From Candidatus Thorarchaeota archaeon (lineage in GTDB: Archaea > Asgardarchaeota > Thorarchaeia > Thorarchaeales > Thorarchaeaceae): a stretch of 64,000 nucleotides of DNA. Where the stretch lies: the NCBI GenBank assembly GCA_029855935.1, contig JAGSHN010000030.1, positions 39,528-103,527 on the forward strand, given 5' to 3'. This document shows, one piece after another, positions 19,316 through 29,297 of the stretch. A model generated the notes under the pieces. It saw nothing but the letters and a program-made list of their open reading frames with translations. It did no database searches and was not told the DNA's origin. The position numbers and the translations under genes were made by a program. Positions within the stretch are counted from its first letter, which is position 1. Each line of letters starts with the position of its first letter.

Positions 19316-19672
19316 CTACGCTCCGAAGAAGACCGTCTGGTCGGCCTCTTTCATTGTGTTGACGAGCCTGTGGATGTCGATCACCTCGACACCGTCAATC
19401 AGGCTGCTGGCATCGATGCCGCGCTCCTTGAGACACAGACCACAGGCGATCACTTTGCCGCCGGCGTCCATAAAGTCCTGAAGGACCTGAACAACTTGGA
19501 AGAACTGCTTCGCCTCCTGTCCCTTGACGGCACAGTAGACGCCATCCTCCATCAGGATGATGGTGGTCTCACAGTCCTCCATCACAGACGTAAGTCCAAT
19601 TCTGGCGGCCGTGAACGCTCCAATCTTGTCGTAGGGAGGTGTTGCGATTATTAGTGCGAACTTCTTGCTCAC
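19316..19672 (-). CDS. DsrE/DsrF family sulfur-relay protein
   Basis: TPPY, LMEDGVY, V.ACGLC..ERGI; GTG start 19672 after GAGGTGA; first gene of Hdr operon 1. Confidence 0.85.
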   Translation of the reverse strand: MSKKFALIIATPPYDKIGAFTAARIGLTSVMEDCETTIILMEDGVYCAVKGQEAKQFFQVVQVLQDFMDAGGKVIACGLCLKERGIDASSLIDGVEVIDIHRLVNTMKEADQTVFFGA

Positions 19673-19870
19673 GTCTCTCACCTCGTTTTGGGTGTTAACG
19701 GCTCGCGGCGATGCTCTAAATAAATGTATGGCTATGAGGCTTCTCTCCAAACAATCGTTTACTGATGAGGGAAAGAGATAAATAAACGAGTGGCGGGGAC
19801 CGAGGCAATACGCCCACGTGCACATATATATCGAGGGACGTCATATTCCGAAGGCCACGGAGACAGAGAC

Positions 19871-20389
19871 GTGAAAGCCAGACTGCCTGTTGACACTCTC
19901 CGAGAACCAGAAAGGGTTCTTGAGATGCTTGAGAGTGCGGCAGGCATTGACGAGCTGGACATCAGTATCATCCTCATTCTGCAGGAAAACGGACGCGCAT
20001 CATTCAATGAGATAGCCAAGCGACTGGGCGTGAGCGTGGCAACGGTCAGCAAGCGTGTCAGGGCACTTGAGGAGAGGGGGATCATAAAGGGGTACGCGGC
20101 CGTCATCTCCTGTGAGAACCTCGGGTTCACCGAGAACCTGTGGCTGATGGTTCACACAAAACCGGGGGCTGACGTAGACTCAATAGGCAAGCAGATCTCG
20201 GGGCTCATCGGCGTCAAGTGTGTGTACAGCATCTATGCCGACTTTGATCTCCTCGTACACATCTGCTGCGCGACACAGGAAGAGATTGCCGCAACACTGC
20301 AGGCCATCGGCAAGATTCGTGATGTCGTCCGCGTCACCAAGATGAGCGTCTGCTCGAAGATAAAAGAGGAGTTCAAGATAGTCCTCTAG
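19871..20389 (+). CDS. Lrp/AsnC family transcriptional regulator
   Basis: IDELD..I...LQENGR.SF.EIA..LGVS.ATV..RV..LE..GIIKGY plus RAM domain; start uncertain (19790/19871/19925). Confidence 0.92.
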   Translation: MKARLPVDTLREPERVLEMLESAAGIDELDISIILILQENGRASFNEIAKRLGVSVATVSKRVRALEERGIIKGYAAVISCENLGFTENLWLMVHTKPGADVDSIGKQISGLIGVKCVYSIYADFDLLVHICCATQEEIAATLQAIGKIRDVVRVTKMSVCSKIKEEFKIVL

Positions 20390-20486
20390 CGTCGACTGGA
20401 CGCTCCCGCGAGACTCCAGTGGAGTGCCATTGCCACGGAGAGTACCTCTAAAAGGACTACAGACGGGAGTTCGCCGGCGGAGACGC

Positions 20487-21962
20487 ATGGCGACAGAGAA
20501 CGATCAGCGGGTGCTTCTCTCAGTGGGCATAGATGTGGGGACAGCCACATCCCATCTGGTATTCAGCAGACTCACCCTTCAGCGGGATCCCCAGAGCAGG
20601 ACCAACAAGTTCGAGGTGATGAAGAGGGAGATACTCTTCGAGGGGCCAATTCATCTCACTCCACTCATTGGAGAGACAAGGATAGACTACGACCTGCTGA
20701 AGGATATGCTGCTAGAGGACTATAGAGAGGCGGGTGTGGATCCCGGCGATGTTGACACCGGCGCAGTGATTGTGACCGGTGAGAGCGCTAGGCGTCAGAA
20801 TGCCGACGAGATTGTCCGCGCGCTCGCAGGTGAGGGTGGCAGATTTGTAGCGGCAACTGCTGGACCCAATATGGAGAGCCTACTGGCCGCCTACGGCTCC
20901 GGTGCGGTGGAGCTCTCAAGAAGACAGGGCATCACTGTCATCAATGTCGACATAGGTGGAGGCTCCTCAAATGTCGCAGTATGCTCAAAGGGTCGTGTCG
21001 TTGATACCACTGCTATCAGCGTCGGCGGACGGCTTGTCGCATTGGATGAACACGGTAGAATTCGAAGGATAGAGGCGCCGGCCAAGACCATCGCCCGTCA
21101 TCTCGGTCACACGCTCAGGGTCGGCCAGAGTATTGAGCCCACGGTGATTGGCGAGATCGTGACGCAGCTTGCCGATGCCCTCGCTCAGGTCTTGAGGGGA
21201 CCACAGATTGACCAGCTGGCGCAGCAGCTGATGTTGACCTCCCCTCTGAAGGAGAACTACACACCCGACCTGATTACGTTCTCTGGAGGAGTCGCGGAGT
21301 ACATCTACGGCCTTGAGAAACGGTCCTTTGGAGATATTGGTCGGCAGCTCGCGGAGCAGGTTGCGATGCGCGTGGACTCACTCGGTATGTCGTTGGGGGA
21401 GGTCGAGCAGAGGATCAGAGCCACTGTCATCGGAGTGGGGCAGAACACCCTCCGTGTAAGCGGATCAACGACGTACCTCTCAGAAGGCGTCAGATTCCCG
21501 TTTCGGGATCTTCCCGTCGTCGAACCACTGCTGTCAGAGCGCTGGTGGAAGAAGGGGAGCGTCGTTGAAGAGATAGGGCACGCGCTGAAGAGGTTTGACC
21601 TCCGAGAGGCGAGCGACGCATTCCTCCTCTCCTTCAGGGGACACCTCCCTCCTTCCTATGAGATTCTGGCAGAGTTCTCGCGCGGGCTTGTGCGGGCGGT
21701 CAGGGACCACTGTCAGGACGGAAGGCCACTGTTTCTCTGCTTTCAAGAGGACATCGGCAACAGTGTGGGGAACATCATCCGCAGAGAGACGGACTTTCAA
21801 GGGCCGATCATCTCTGTCGACGAGCTCGATGTGCGCGAGGGAGAGTACGTGGACATTGGAGAGCCCGTCATCGGTGAGTCTGTCGTGCCTGTGATTGTCA
21901 AGACCCTGGTGTTCGCAGGTAGTGACAGCAGACAACACAAGAGGAGAGCCTCGAAGACGTAG
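20487..21962 (+). CDS. eutA: Ethanolamine ammonia-lyase reactivating factor EutA-like ATPase
   Basis: LLSVGIDVGT.TSHLVFS, GAVI.TGE, FVAATAGP..E, NVDIGGG, FSGGVA, IRATVIG, VP.IVKTLVF. Confidence 0.88.
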   Translation: MATENDQRVLLSVGIDVGTATSHLVFSRLTLQRDPQSRTNKFEVMKREILFEGPIHLTPLIGETRIDYDLLKDMLLEDYREAGVDPGDVDTGAVIVTGESARRQNADEIVRALAGEGGRFVAATAGPNMESLLAAYGSGAVELSRRQGITVINVDIGGGSSNVAVCSKGRVVDTTAISVGGRLVALDEHGRIRRIEAPAKTIARHLGHTLRVGQSIEPTVIGEIVTQLADALAQVLRGPQIDQLAQQLMLTSPLKENYTPDLITFSGGVAEYIYGLEKRSFGDIGRQLAEQVAMRVDSLGMSLGEVEQRIRATVIGVGQNTLRVSGSTTYLSEGVRFPFRDLPVVEPLLSERWWKKGSVVEEIGHALKRFDLREASDAFLLSFRGHLPPSYEILAEFSRGLVRAVRDHCQDGRPLFLCFQEDIGNSVGNIIRRETDFQGPIISVDELDVREGEYVDIGEPVIGESVVPVIVKTLVFAGSDSRQHKRRASKT

Positions 21963-22023
21963 AGAGTGGCCCTCGAAGATAGCAGGCCAGAGATCATCTC
22001 AAGTCTATCGGTGCGCCTCACAA

Positions 22024-22467
22024 TCAGTCAGCGTACCTCGGGGCAAGGTCTCTGAACCACGGTGCAACCACGGCATGATCCACCCTGTCAGAAGAGGGAA
22101 GGTAGGGCTTGATGTCGATGACCGGTGAGCCGTCAAAGGCGTCAATCTCGTCAATCCACACACGGCACTCGTCAAGATTCACCGACTCGACCCTCACAAC
22201 AGAGTGGCCGATTGGATTCGGCCTCGCCGGGCTCCTGCAGGCAAAGACACCGGAGAGTTCCGGGATCCGTCCTCCCTTCTTATGCGGATAGACTGTGGTG
22301 ACAGCTCTGTCATCAGGATTGTCCCTGCCCGATATCCACCACAGCACGATGATGTGAGAGAACTTGTCAACATTGATCAATGCGTCGCAGTATCGCCTGT
22401 CCACCTCGATGCATCTGCGGCCATCTCGCGTTGCTACGACTCCCACACTGACAATACGGAACTCCAT
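22024..22467 (-). CDS. trmO: TrmO/TsaA family tRNA (t6A37)-methyltransferase
   Basis: FSHIIVLWW, GVFA.RSP.RPNPIG, IDAFDGSPVIDIKPY; ATG 22467. Confidence 0.88.
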   Translation of the reverse strand: MEFRIVSVGVVATRDGRRCIEVDRRYCDALINVDKFSHIIVLWWISGRDNPDDRAVTTVYPHKKGGRIPELSGVFACRSPARPNPIGHSVVRVESVNLDECRVWIDEIDAFDGSPVIDIKPYLPSSDRVDHAVVAPWFRDLAPRYAD

Positions 22468-22697
22468 AGTTCGTCTGTGTTCGAGGGTGGAGAAAAAGCC
22501 AACGGCCAGCGGTCCGTCGTCCCACATACGATGTCCCGGCCAAGGCCGAAATCCGCTAGAAGTACGCTTTTAAGTGAAGCGCTCTACAGATGAGGAGACC
22601 CCACATCGGTCCCCTCGTCTGATACAACTGACCTCAACAACAGACGGTTCCCCGTCAGCGAAGCGGACGGGTGCCAGCCACCTGATCAAGTGAAACA

Positions 22698-23993
22698 ATG
22701 ATGTTGCAATTCAGCATTCAACTCTCAATGACGCTCGCAGTAGGAACGCTCGTAGTGTTCATACTGATAATGACAATTGCAATCCTCCGATTTGCCGGTT
22801 CGCCACAGTTCAGACTGTGGGCAGCTGGTTGGGCCACAATCACAGTCGGGCATATCTTCGGTCTATTCTCTGCTCCCCGGGCGTTCAGCCTGCCAGACGT
22901 TCTCTCAATATCGGGAATGGTCGTCGGAGGGACGCTCATTGTGATTGCCCGCCGGAGGAGGGTGAAGACACGTCGGGTAGGAACTGGCATTCTATTGTCG
23001 GTTCTCGGCTCCCTCATCTACGCATCAGTGTGCTACCTTCTCACGCCCCCAGCTGTGGTTGCCAATGTCCCCGCGCATCTCTATTCGTCGCTCGTGTTTT
23101 CTGTGCTTCTAGTTGGTCTCCTTCCAACTCGGGCGAGAGGAGTATTCTTTACGCTCTTCAAGTCAAGTGTGGCCATGTGGATTCCCACCAGTGTGCTCTT
23201 CAGTCTGACTCTGCTCAGCCCTGACTCACTGTATCCAGTCTTCTTGTGGGCTGAGATGGCGATCCTTGTTCTCATGGGCGGCGCCATCTTTGGCTTTCTT
23301 CTCATGCTCAATGACTTCAGAATTCGCCAAGAGATTGCCGCCTCGGCCATCCTGGGCGGGATCATCCAGCACGACGTTCGGAACTATCTGCAGACAATCG
23401 CCTCCAGCCTCGAACTCATGAGGACCGATGAAGAGCGATTCGAGGAGTGGCTACAACTAGCCGGGGAGACTACCGAACAGGCAATTGTGTTCGTCAATCA
23501 GATGCGCGAGTTCAGCGTGGCCACACTCAGGAGTGCAGCACCCACCCACGTGCTCGACATTGTAGACGTCGTCACATCAGTCGTCGAGACGATGAACAGG
23601 CTGCGGCGATCATCGCGACAACACATAGCCTTTGAGCCCTGCGCTGAGCTCAGGGTCATCGCAAGTACGGTGGTACGTCAGGTAGTGTGGAACATCATCG
23701 ACAATTCCTTCAAACATGGTAGCAAGGTCGTCACAGTCGGTTGCGGAAAGACCGACGACCACGCCTACGTCACGATCGAGGACCAGGCCGGTGGGCTTGA
23801 CGAGGAGACAATTGCCTATCTCACAGACCCCGACATCGCGTACGCCGACGCACCAGGTCTGGGTATGGGAATCATCCTCATCAAGGGACTGACCGGGATG
23901 TCGGGCGGTGAGCTTCACGTCGAGAATATCAGCGGAGGGGACGGCACTGCCATCGGCACACGGTTCACGGTCCTCCTCCCTCTTGCCAAGTGA
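22698..23993 (+). CDS. Membrane sensor histidine kinase
   Basis: About 7 N-terminal TM helices, HDVRN, NIIDNSFKHG, DQAGG, GLGMG. Confidence 0.88.
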   Translation: MMLQFSIQLSMTLAVGTLVVFILIMTIAILRFAGSPQFRLWAAGWATITVGHIFGLFSAPRAFSLPDVLSISGMVVGGTLIVIARRRRVKTRRVGTGILLSVLGSLIYASVCYLLTPPAVVANVPAHLYSSLVFSVLLVGLLPTRARGVFFTLFKSSVAMWIPTSVLFSLTLLSPDSLYPVFLWAEMAILVLMGGAIFGFLLMLNDFRIRQEIAASAILGGIIQHDVRNYLQTIASSLELMRTDEERFEEWLQLAGETTEQAIVFVNQMREFSVATLRSAAPTHVLDIVDVVTSVVETMNRLRRSSRQHIAFEPCAELRVIASTVVRQVVWNIIDNSFKHGSKVVTVGCGKTDDHAYVTIEDQAGGLDEETIAYLTDPDIAYADAPGLGMGIILIKGLTGMSGGELHVENISGGDGTAIGTRFTVLLPLAK

Positions 23994-24173
23994 GTGTTCG
24001 AGAGCCGGGTCGAACCATACCTCTCTCCGAGTTGGCTCCCCCGCGTGGCGACACCGATATCGTCTATGTGTATCTTGTCACACCACCGTGCACAACTAGA
24101 GGTTTCCAGGACGGGGTGCACACAGCGACCACCATAACGCTTATTTTGGCGAAAATGAGTGAAAATACCTGCG
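23994..24173 (+). promoter_or_regulatory. Putative CRISPR leader
   Basis: Non-coding stretch with A/T tracts (TTATTTTGGCGAAAATGAGTGAAAATA) before the first perfect repeat; degenerate repeats lie at the opposite end. Confidence 0.6.
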
Positions 24174-27100
24174 GTTTGAATCGGACTAGAAGTAGGGTTG
24201 AAACCTCCTCCTGCTTGGCAGTGGCACTGGGTGTCTCGTCCTCGGTTTGAATCGGACTAGAAGTAGGGTTGAAACATTCTTGATGGTAATATAAATATCA
24301 CGATTAGACTTTGGTTTGAATCGGACTAGAAGTAGGGTTGAAACCGCACATGTGCTCCTCGAACAACTTGCTGTCATAGATGGTTTGAATCGGACTAGAA
24401 GTAGGGTTGAAACATGGAGTGTTATTTAATGAAACGATTTATGCTTCATGTTTGAATCGGACTAGAAGTAGGGTTGAAACCACAGACAATGGGACTCAGA
24501 AAAATATTCAACATCTTGGGTTTGAATCGGACTAGAAGTAGGGTTGAAACCTGTGAAGGTGTGATTGGACACGGAGTAGTAGACAGGTTTGAATCGGACT
24601 AGAAGTAGGGTTGAAACTCACAGTGCGAGGACTGGCACCCTCTACGTGGATGAGTTTGAATCGGACTAGAAGTAGGGTTGAAACGTTCGAGGACGGTGGC
24701 GCCGTTGGTTTCGTTAGGAACGAGTTTGAATCGGACTAGAAGTAGGGTTGAAACTCTATGAGAAAGTCTCTGGGTCGTGGACTGCCGTCTCGTTTGAATC
24801 GGACTAGAAGTAGGGTTGAAACCAATTTTTCTAGTTCCTTATCCTTCTCCTCCTGCATCGTTTGAATCGGACTAGAAGTAGGGTTGAAACGATGCAGAGA
24901 ACCGACTCTGGCACGAGGTCTCTTCGAGGTTTGAATCGGACTAGAAGTAGGGTTGAAACATATCTCTACTCCTTAGAGGCGTTTCGAAATCGAAACAAGT
25001 TTGAATCGGACTAGAAGTAGGGTTGAAACTATCAACTCGCGGGCCGAAGAGCTCTAGGCGCATGCGTTTGAATCGGACTAGAAGTAGGGTTGAAACGGAG
25101 TTGAAGAAAGAAGATGGATGTACTACTGCTATGTTTGAATCGGACTAGAAGTAGGGTTGAAACCCCAGTACGCCGACACTCTCCTCATCGCGTCGCATGA
25201 CGTTTGAATCGGACTAGAAGTAGGGTTGAAACTGTAGTACAGCACTGCAAGCGCCACCAGCACCATCACGGTTTGAATCGGACTAGAAGTAGGGTTGAAA
25301 CTCACTTGCTTTTGATGCTTTAGTCTTTTGACAAGCATGTTTGAATCGGACTAGAAGTAGGGTTGAAACACAGCACTTCCAATACTTGTAATTCCGCTGT
25401 ATACCCAGTTTGAATCGGACTAGAAGTAGGGTTGAAACCGACAACGACATCCGCATCGTCGCGGGTGATGATCTGTTTGAATCGGACTAGAAGTAGGGTT
25501 GAAACTGTGATCCGATCGGAACAGGAACGAATGGATTTGTTGGTTTGAATCGGACTAGAAGTAGGGCTGAAACCGTCGTCCGCGAGCGTCACTGTCTGCA
25601 GCCTGCCCTGTTTGAATCGGACTAGAAGTAGGGTTGAAACATGAGGCTGAGGAGCTCGCGCTGGCGATGTACGTAGAGTTTGAATCGGACTAGAAGTAGG
25701 GTTGAAACTCACGTCTTCAGGGGGTTCCACAACCCCAGCCTTTATGTTTGAATCGGACTAGAAGTAGGGTTGAAACGAGAAGCTGACTGACCTACTTCGA
25801 GCCTTGACCATCTGGTTTGAATCGGACTAGAAGTAGGGTTGAAACCAATGACTGCAGGCTCTTTTCGAACAATTCATGCAGAGTTTGAATCGGACTAGAA
25901 GTAGGGTTGAAACCCTCGAAGGAGGCGAATACTTCATACGATGTCTCATGTTTGAATCGGACTAGAAGTAGGGTTGAAACCCGCTCTCGGGTCTCTGTTC
26001 CCAGAGGGAGCACCAGTGTTTGAATCGGACTAGAAGTAGGGTTGAAACAGGGACCCCACCTCGACTATCACCCGCTTCTCCCTCTGTTTGAATCGGACTA
26101 GAAGTAGGGTTGAAACCCATTTTTTCCCAGACCATTAGATGATCAGACAACTGGTTTGAATCGGACTAGAAGTAGGGTTGAAACCTGGTGCATACATCGA
26201 GTTCGGCGTCAAGTTCTACGTGTTTGAATCGGACTAGAAGTAGGGTTGAAACTAGCGAGTGTCGCCATGTCAAGGTTACGACGAATCACGTTTGAATCGG
26301 ACTAGAAGTAGGGTTGAAACGAACACGCTACAACTACAACTCGGCAAGACAGGAAACGTTTGAATCGGACTAGAAGTAGGGTTGAAACGTGCCATCTGAT
26401 CCTCCAAGACCATGTGACCATCGAGTTTGAATCGGACTAGAAGTAGGGTTGAAACGTGCCATCTGATCCTCCAAGACCATGTGACCATCGAGTTTGAATC
26501 GGACTAGAAGTAGGGTTGAAACTCGTGAGTATCAGAGGCTGTGTGATTCGCGACATCGGTTTGAATCGGACTAGAAGTAGGGTTGAAACTTGAACACACT
26601 ATATCGTGATGGAATATCCTGAATTTGTTTGAATCGGACTAGAAGTAGGGTTGAAACTCTGAGTACCCGTTCTGAGGTACCCAGATCGATTCGAGTTTGA
26701 ATCGGACTAGAAGTAGGGTTGAAACGATATTGTTCCTTATATGTCTCCGCATCCTTTCTCCATGTTTGAATCGGACTAGAAGTAGGGTTGAAACCTCTGA
26801 TATTCGACTGAAGCTGCTTCTTATTCTTTGAGTTTGAATCGGACTAGAAGTAGGGTTGAAACCAGCTGGCGCAGGAGCGCGTCCTCGAGGTCATCCTGGT
26901 TTGAATCGGACTAGAAGTAGGGTTGAAACCGACATGGACGGGTTTGGCTACTATGCACTGATTGAGGTTTGAATCGGACTAGAAGTAGGGTTGAAACCAA
27001 AGAAAAGAGGTGCAGAGAGGAGAGAGCGACAACAAGTTTGAATCGGACTAGAAGTAGGGTTGAAACCATAGCTGACGACATAGTCCGGGTCGCCCAACTG

Positions 27101-27475
27101 TTCGTTTGAATCGGACTAGAAGTAGGGTTGAAACCACACAGGGCAATGGAAGAACCAGTCAACGCCTCGAAGTTTGAATCGGACTAGAAGTAGGGTTGAA
27201 ACATATGTAGGTCGAGGTCAAGCGTGGTCCGTAGGACACCGTTTGAATCGGACTAGAAGTAGGGTTGAAACCGGTCATAGTGATATCATCTGCGATGAGT
27301 GTCCACGAGTTTGAATCGGACTAGAAGTAGGGTTGAAACCAAGGCTCCTGACTCTCTCGAAATGCGCCTTGTCCCGGTTTGAATCGGACTAGAGGTAGGG
27401 TTGAAACCTATGTAGTCACTGATGATCAGGCGGAGGAGCTGCGTGTTTGAATCGTACTATAAGTAGGGTTGAAGC
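24174..27475 (+). CRISPR. CRISPR array, 31-bp repeat GTTTGAATCGGACTAGAAGTAGGGTTGAAAC, 49 repeats / 48 spacers
   Basis: Repeats counted by hand from 24174 to 27445; spacers about 35-40 bp; variant repeats at 25543, 27377 and 27445; no cas genes in the window. Confidence 0.98.
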
Positions 27476-27513
27476 CGGTACATCATCAATTCACAGTCGA
27501 CTATCTCCCTCTT

Positions 27514-27681
27514 GCTCTGGTTAGACTACAAATGGGGTTGAACAACCGGGCCTCGTAGACTTCACCCTCATTCATAACGGTGCTTGAACCTGAGTACGAG
27601 CAGCGTTGAGACTCTAGATGGGCGTCGCAGCCATCCTCAAGGCCGCCGAGTTTGGATTGGCCTGTAGAACGACCTTGAAAC
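27514..27681 (+). CRISPR. Three decayed trailer repeats
   Basis: GCTCTGGTTAGACTACAAATGGGGTTGAACA (27514), GCTTGAACCTGAGTACGAGCAGCGTTGAGAC (27582) and GTTTGGATTGGCCTGTAGAACGACCTTGAAAC (27650) keep the 68-69 bp period. Confidence 0.75.
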
Positions 27682-27691
27682 ACGTATTCCC

Positions 27692-28441
27692 TCAGAACAG
27701 AAACTCGTAGGAGATGCCCGAGGCCTCCAAGAGTCGTGAGAGAGCGTCCTTCTGGTCTTCGAAGAACCTGTCGGTCATTGCCCACCCCAGGCCGTTGGCA
27801 CGATACACCCGGTCAGCATAATGATAGTTGTAGCGGTCAATCAGCACGTGATCTGCGACACCTTCAATCTGCGGAACGAGTTCTATCGCGCCAGGAAGAA
27901 GAGGAGCCATCATAACAGTCGTACGAACACCCGCCCGGTGGAGCCGTTCAATTGTTCTCAACCGTTCCTCTACGGAAGGGGCGTTCGGCTCGAAGAGCCG
28001 ACTGATGTCCGGGTCCGCAGTGGGTATTGTGACAATGACCTCCGCAAGGTCCGACTGTGTCAAGAGGTCTATGTCCCTTAGAACGAGAGGCGACTTTGTC
28101 TGGACCGTGACGGGCCAGCCGTACCGCACGAGGACGAAGAGGCAGCCCCTCGTCAACTGATAGGCCTCCTCCAGGGGCTGATAGGGGTCACACACACCAC
28201 TCACCCAGACCCGTCCGGGCCTCTTCCTCCTGACCTCCCGCCTCAGGAGATCGACGGCATTGATCTTGACGTCCACAAACGATCCCCACGGCTGCGAGTG
28301 TCCGGTGAACCGTCTCATAAAGCGAGCGTAGCAATATGTGCACGCGTGTTCGCAGCCAACGTATGCGTTCACGGTGTAGTCAAATACGCGAGACCTCGTC
28401 AGTATTGACTTTGCCTCAATCTCGCGCACTACCAGTGACAC
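27692..28441 (-). CDS. Radical SAM protein (SPL-like/Rv2578c-like)
   Basis: N.YVGCEHACTYCYA (CxxxCxxC), DPYQP.E, QTKS.LVLRD.DLL, FEP.APS. Confidence 0.9.
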   Translation of the reverse strand: MSLVVREIEAKSILTRSRVFDYTVNAYVGCEHACTYCYARFMRRFTGHSQPWGSFVDVKINAVDLLRREVRRKRPGRVWVSGVCDPYQPLEEAYQLTRGCLFVLVRYGWPVTVQTKSPLVLRDIDLLTQSDLAEVIVTIPTADPDISRLFEPNAPSVEERLRTIERLHRAGVRTTVMMAPLLPGAIELVPQIEGVADHVLIDRYNYHYADRVYRANGLGWAMTDRFFEDQKDALSRLLEASGISYEFLF

Positions 28442-28515
28442 TATGATTCACCCGGATGACGCGCCCGATATCACTGCTCAAGCTGACCGTATGCATTGAA
28501 TGACTTATAGAAAAA

Positions 28516-28601
28516 ACGGACGAGGGGGCGGTGATGTGGCCTCCCTCCCTGCCGGCTCGCAGCCGGTCTTCGTTGTGTGGACAGAGCAGGGGCTCGTCCG
28601 T
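28516..28601 (-). terminator. Stem-loop with T-tract downstream of ssb
   Basis: Inverted repeat ACGGACGAG...CTCGTCCGT followed on the minus strand by TTTTTT. Confidence 0.5.
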
Positions 28602-29060
28602 CTAGAAGCGTCTACGGCCGCCGTAGCCGCCACTCCGGCCACCGCGATAGCCACCACCGCGGTAGTCCCGGCGCGAGCGCCTCTGGTCCTCGTGCTCCTC
28701 GAGGGACATGTCAACATCCATATTGACCTCCTCGATCGGCTCGTCGGCGACCACCAGCTGGCCATAGCGACCGATGTTGAGTCGCAGGTTCCCACGGAAG
28801 AGTCCCGTGTAGCCGTTGGTCAGAGTATATGTCTCGCCGGGCTGGACCTCGTCAAGAACATCGTCCCAGAGTGGTACCTGAACGGTCCCTGTCGCGTCGC
28901 CCACCTTTGCGTCGGCCACACGATGAGTCGTGTAGTCGCGTCGGGAGGACACCTCTCGCTCGGCTCCAATCTCGATGATCTTGAAGGTTATTGTTATGTT
29001 CTTCATTCTCGGCTTCAATTCAGCCACGGTCGCCTCAATGGGCGGGTTGTCGTAAGTCAT
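28602..29060 (-). CDS. ssb: Single OB-fold ssDNA-binding protein with Gly/Arg-rich tail
   Basis: VA.LKP.M.NI.I..K, VAD..VGD.TG.V...LW, NGY...FRG.L.LNIG.YG; tail RGGGYRGGRSGGYGGRRRF; ATG 29060. Confidence 0.88.
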   Translation of the reverse strand: MTYDNPPIEATVAELKPRMKNITITFKIIEIGAEREVSSRRDYTTHRVADAKVGDATGTVQVPLWDDVLDEVQPGETYTLTNGYTGLFRGNLRLNIGRYGQLVVADEPIEEVNMDVDMSLEEHEDQRRSRRDYRGGGYRGGRSGGYGGRRRF

Positions 29061-29297
29061 GTCGAATTCTCTCGGTTGTACGAATAACGGACAGCCAAAA
29101 CCAGAAACAGTGTTCGAATCTTTCCTGTCCGCACGTCGACGGGCGTGCCTCCCCTTATAACGTTGTGCATCCGACGGCACAGGAACGTGTCCGAAACTGC
29201 GCTCAGAGACCGTCGCTACGCTCCGCTGACAGGTGACCGATGGCCGGCCCGCACCAGGGCGGGCCGGTGTTGGATACTGCTTCTTGGTCGCCTCGGA

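Noticed and set aside
24186-27162. Short minus-strand ORFs containing VSTLLLVRFK / FNPTSSPIQT
   Set aside because: These are translations of CRISPR repeats, not genes
24205-27444. Self-targeting spacers
   Set aside because: No convincing match seen by eye (only a short chance match near 21211); needs an actual BLAST
27692-29060. Radical SAM and SSB as possible CRISPR accessory genes
   Set aside because: Both belong to ordinary housekeeping/repair families; adjacency alone is not evidence
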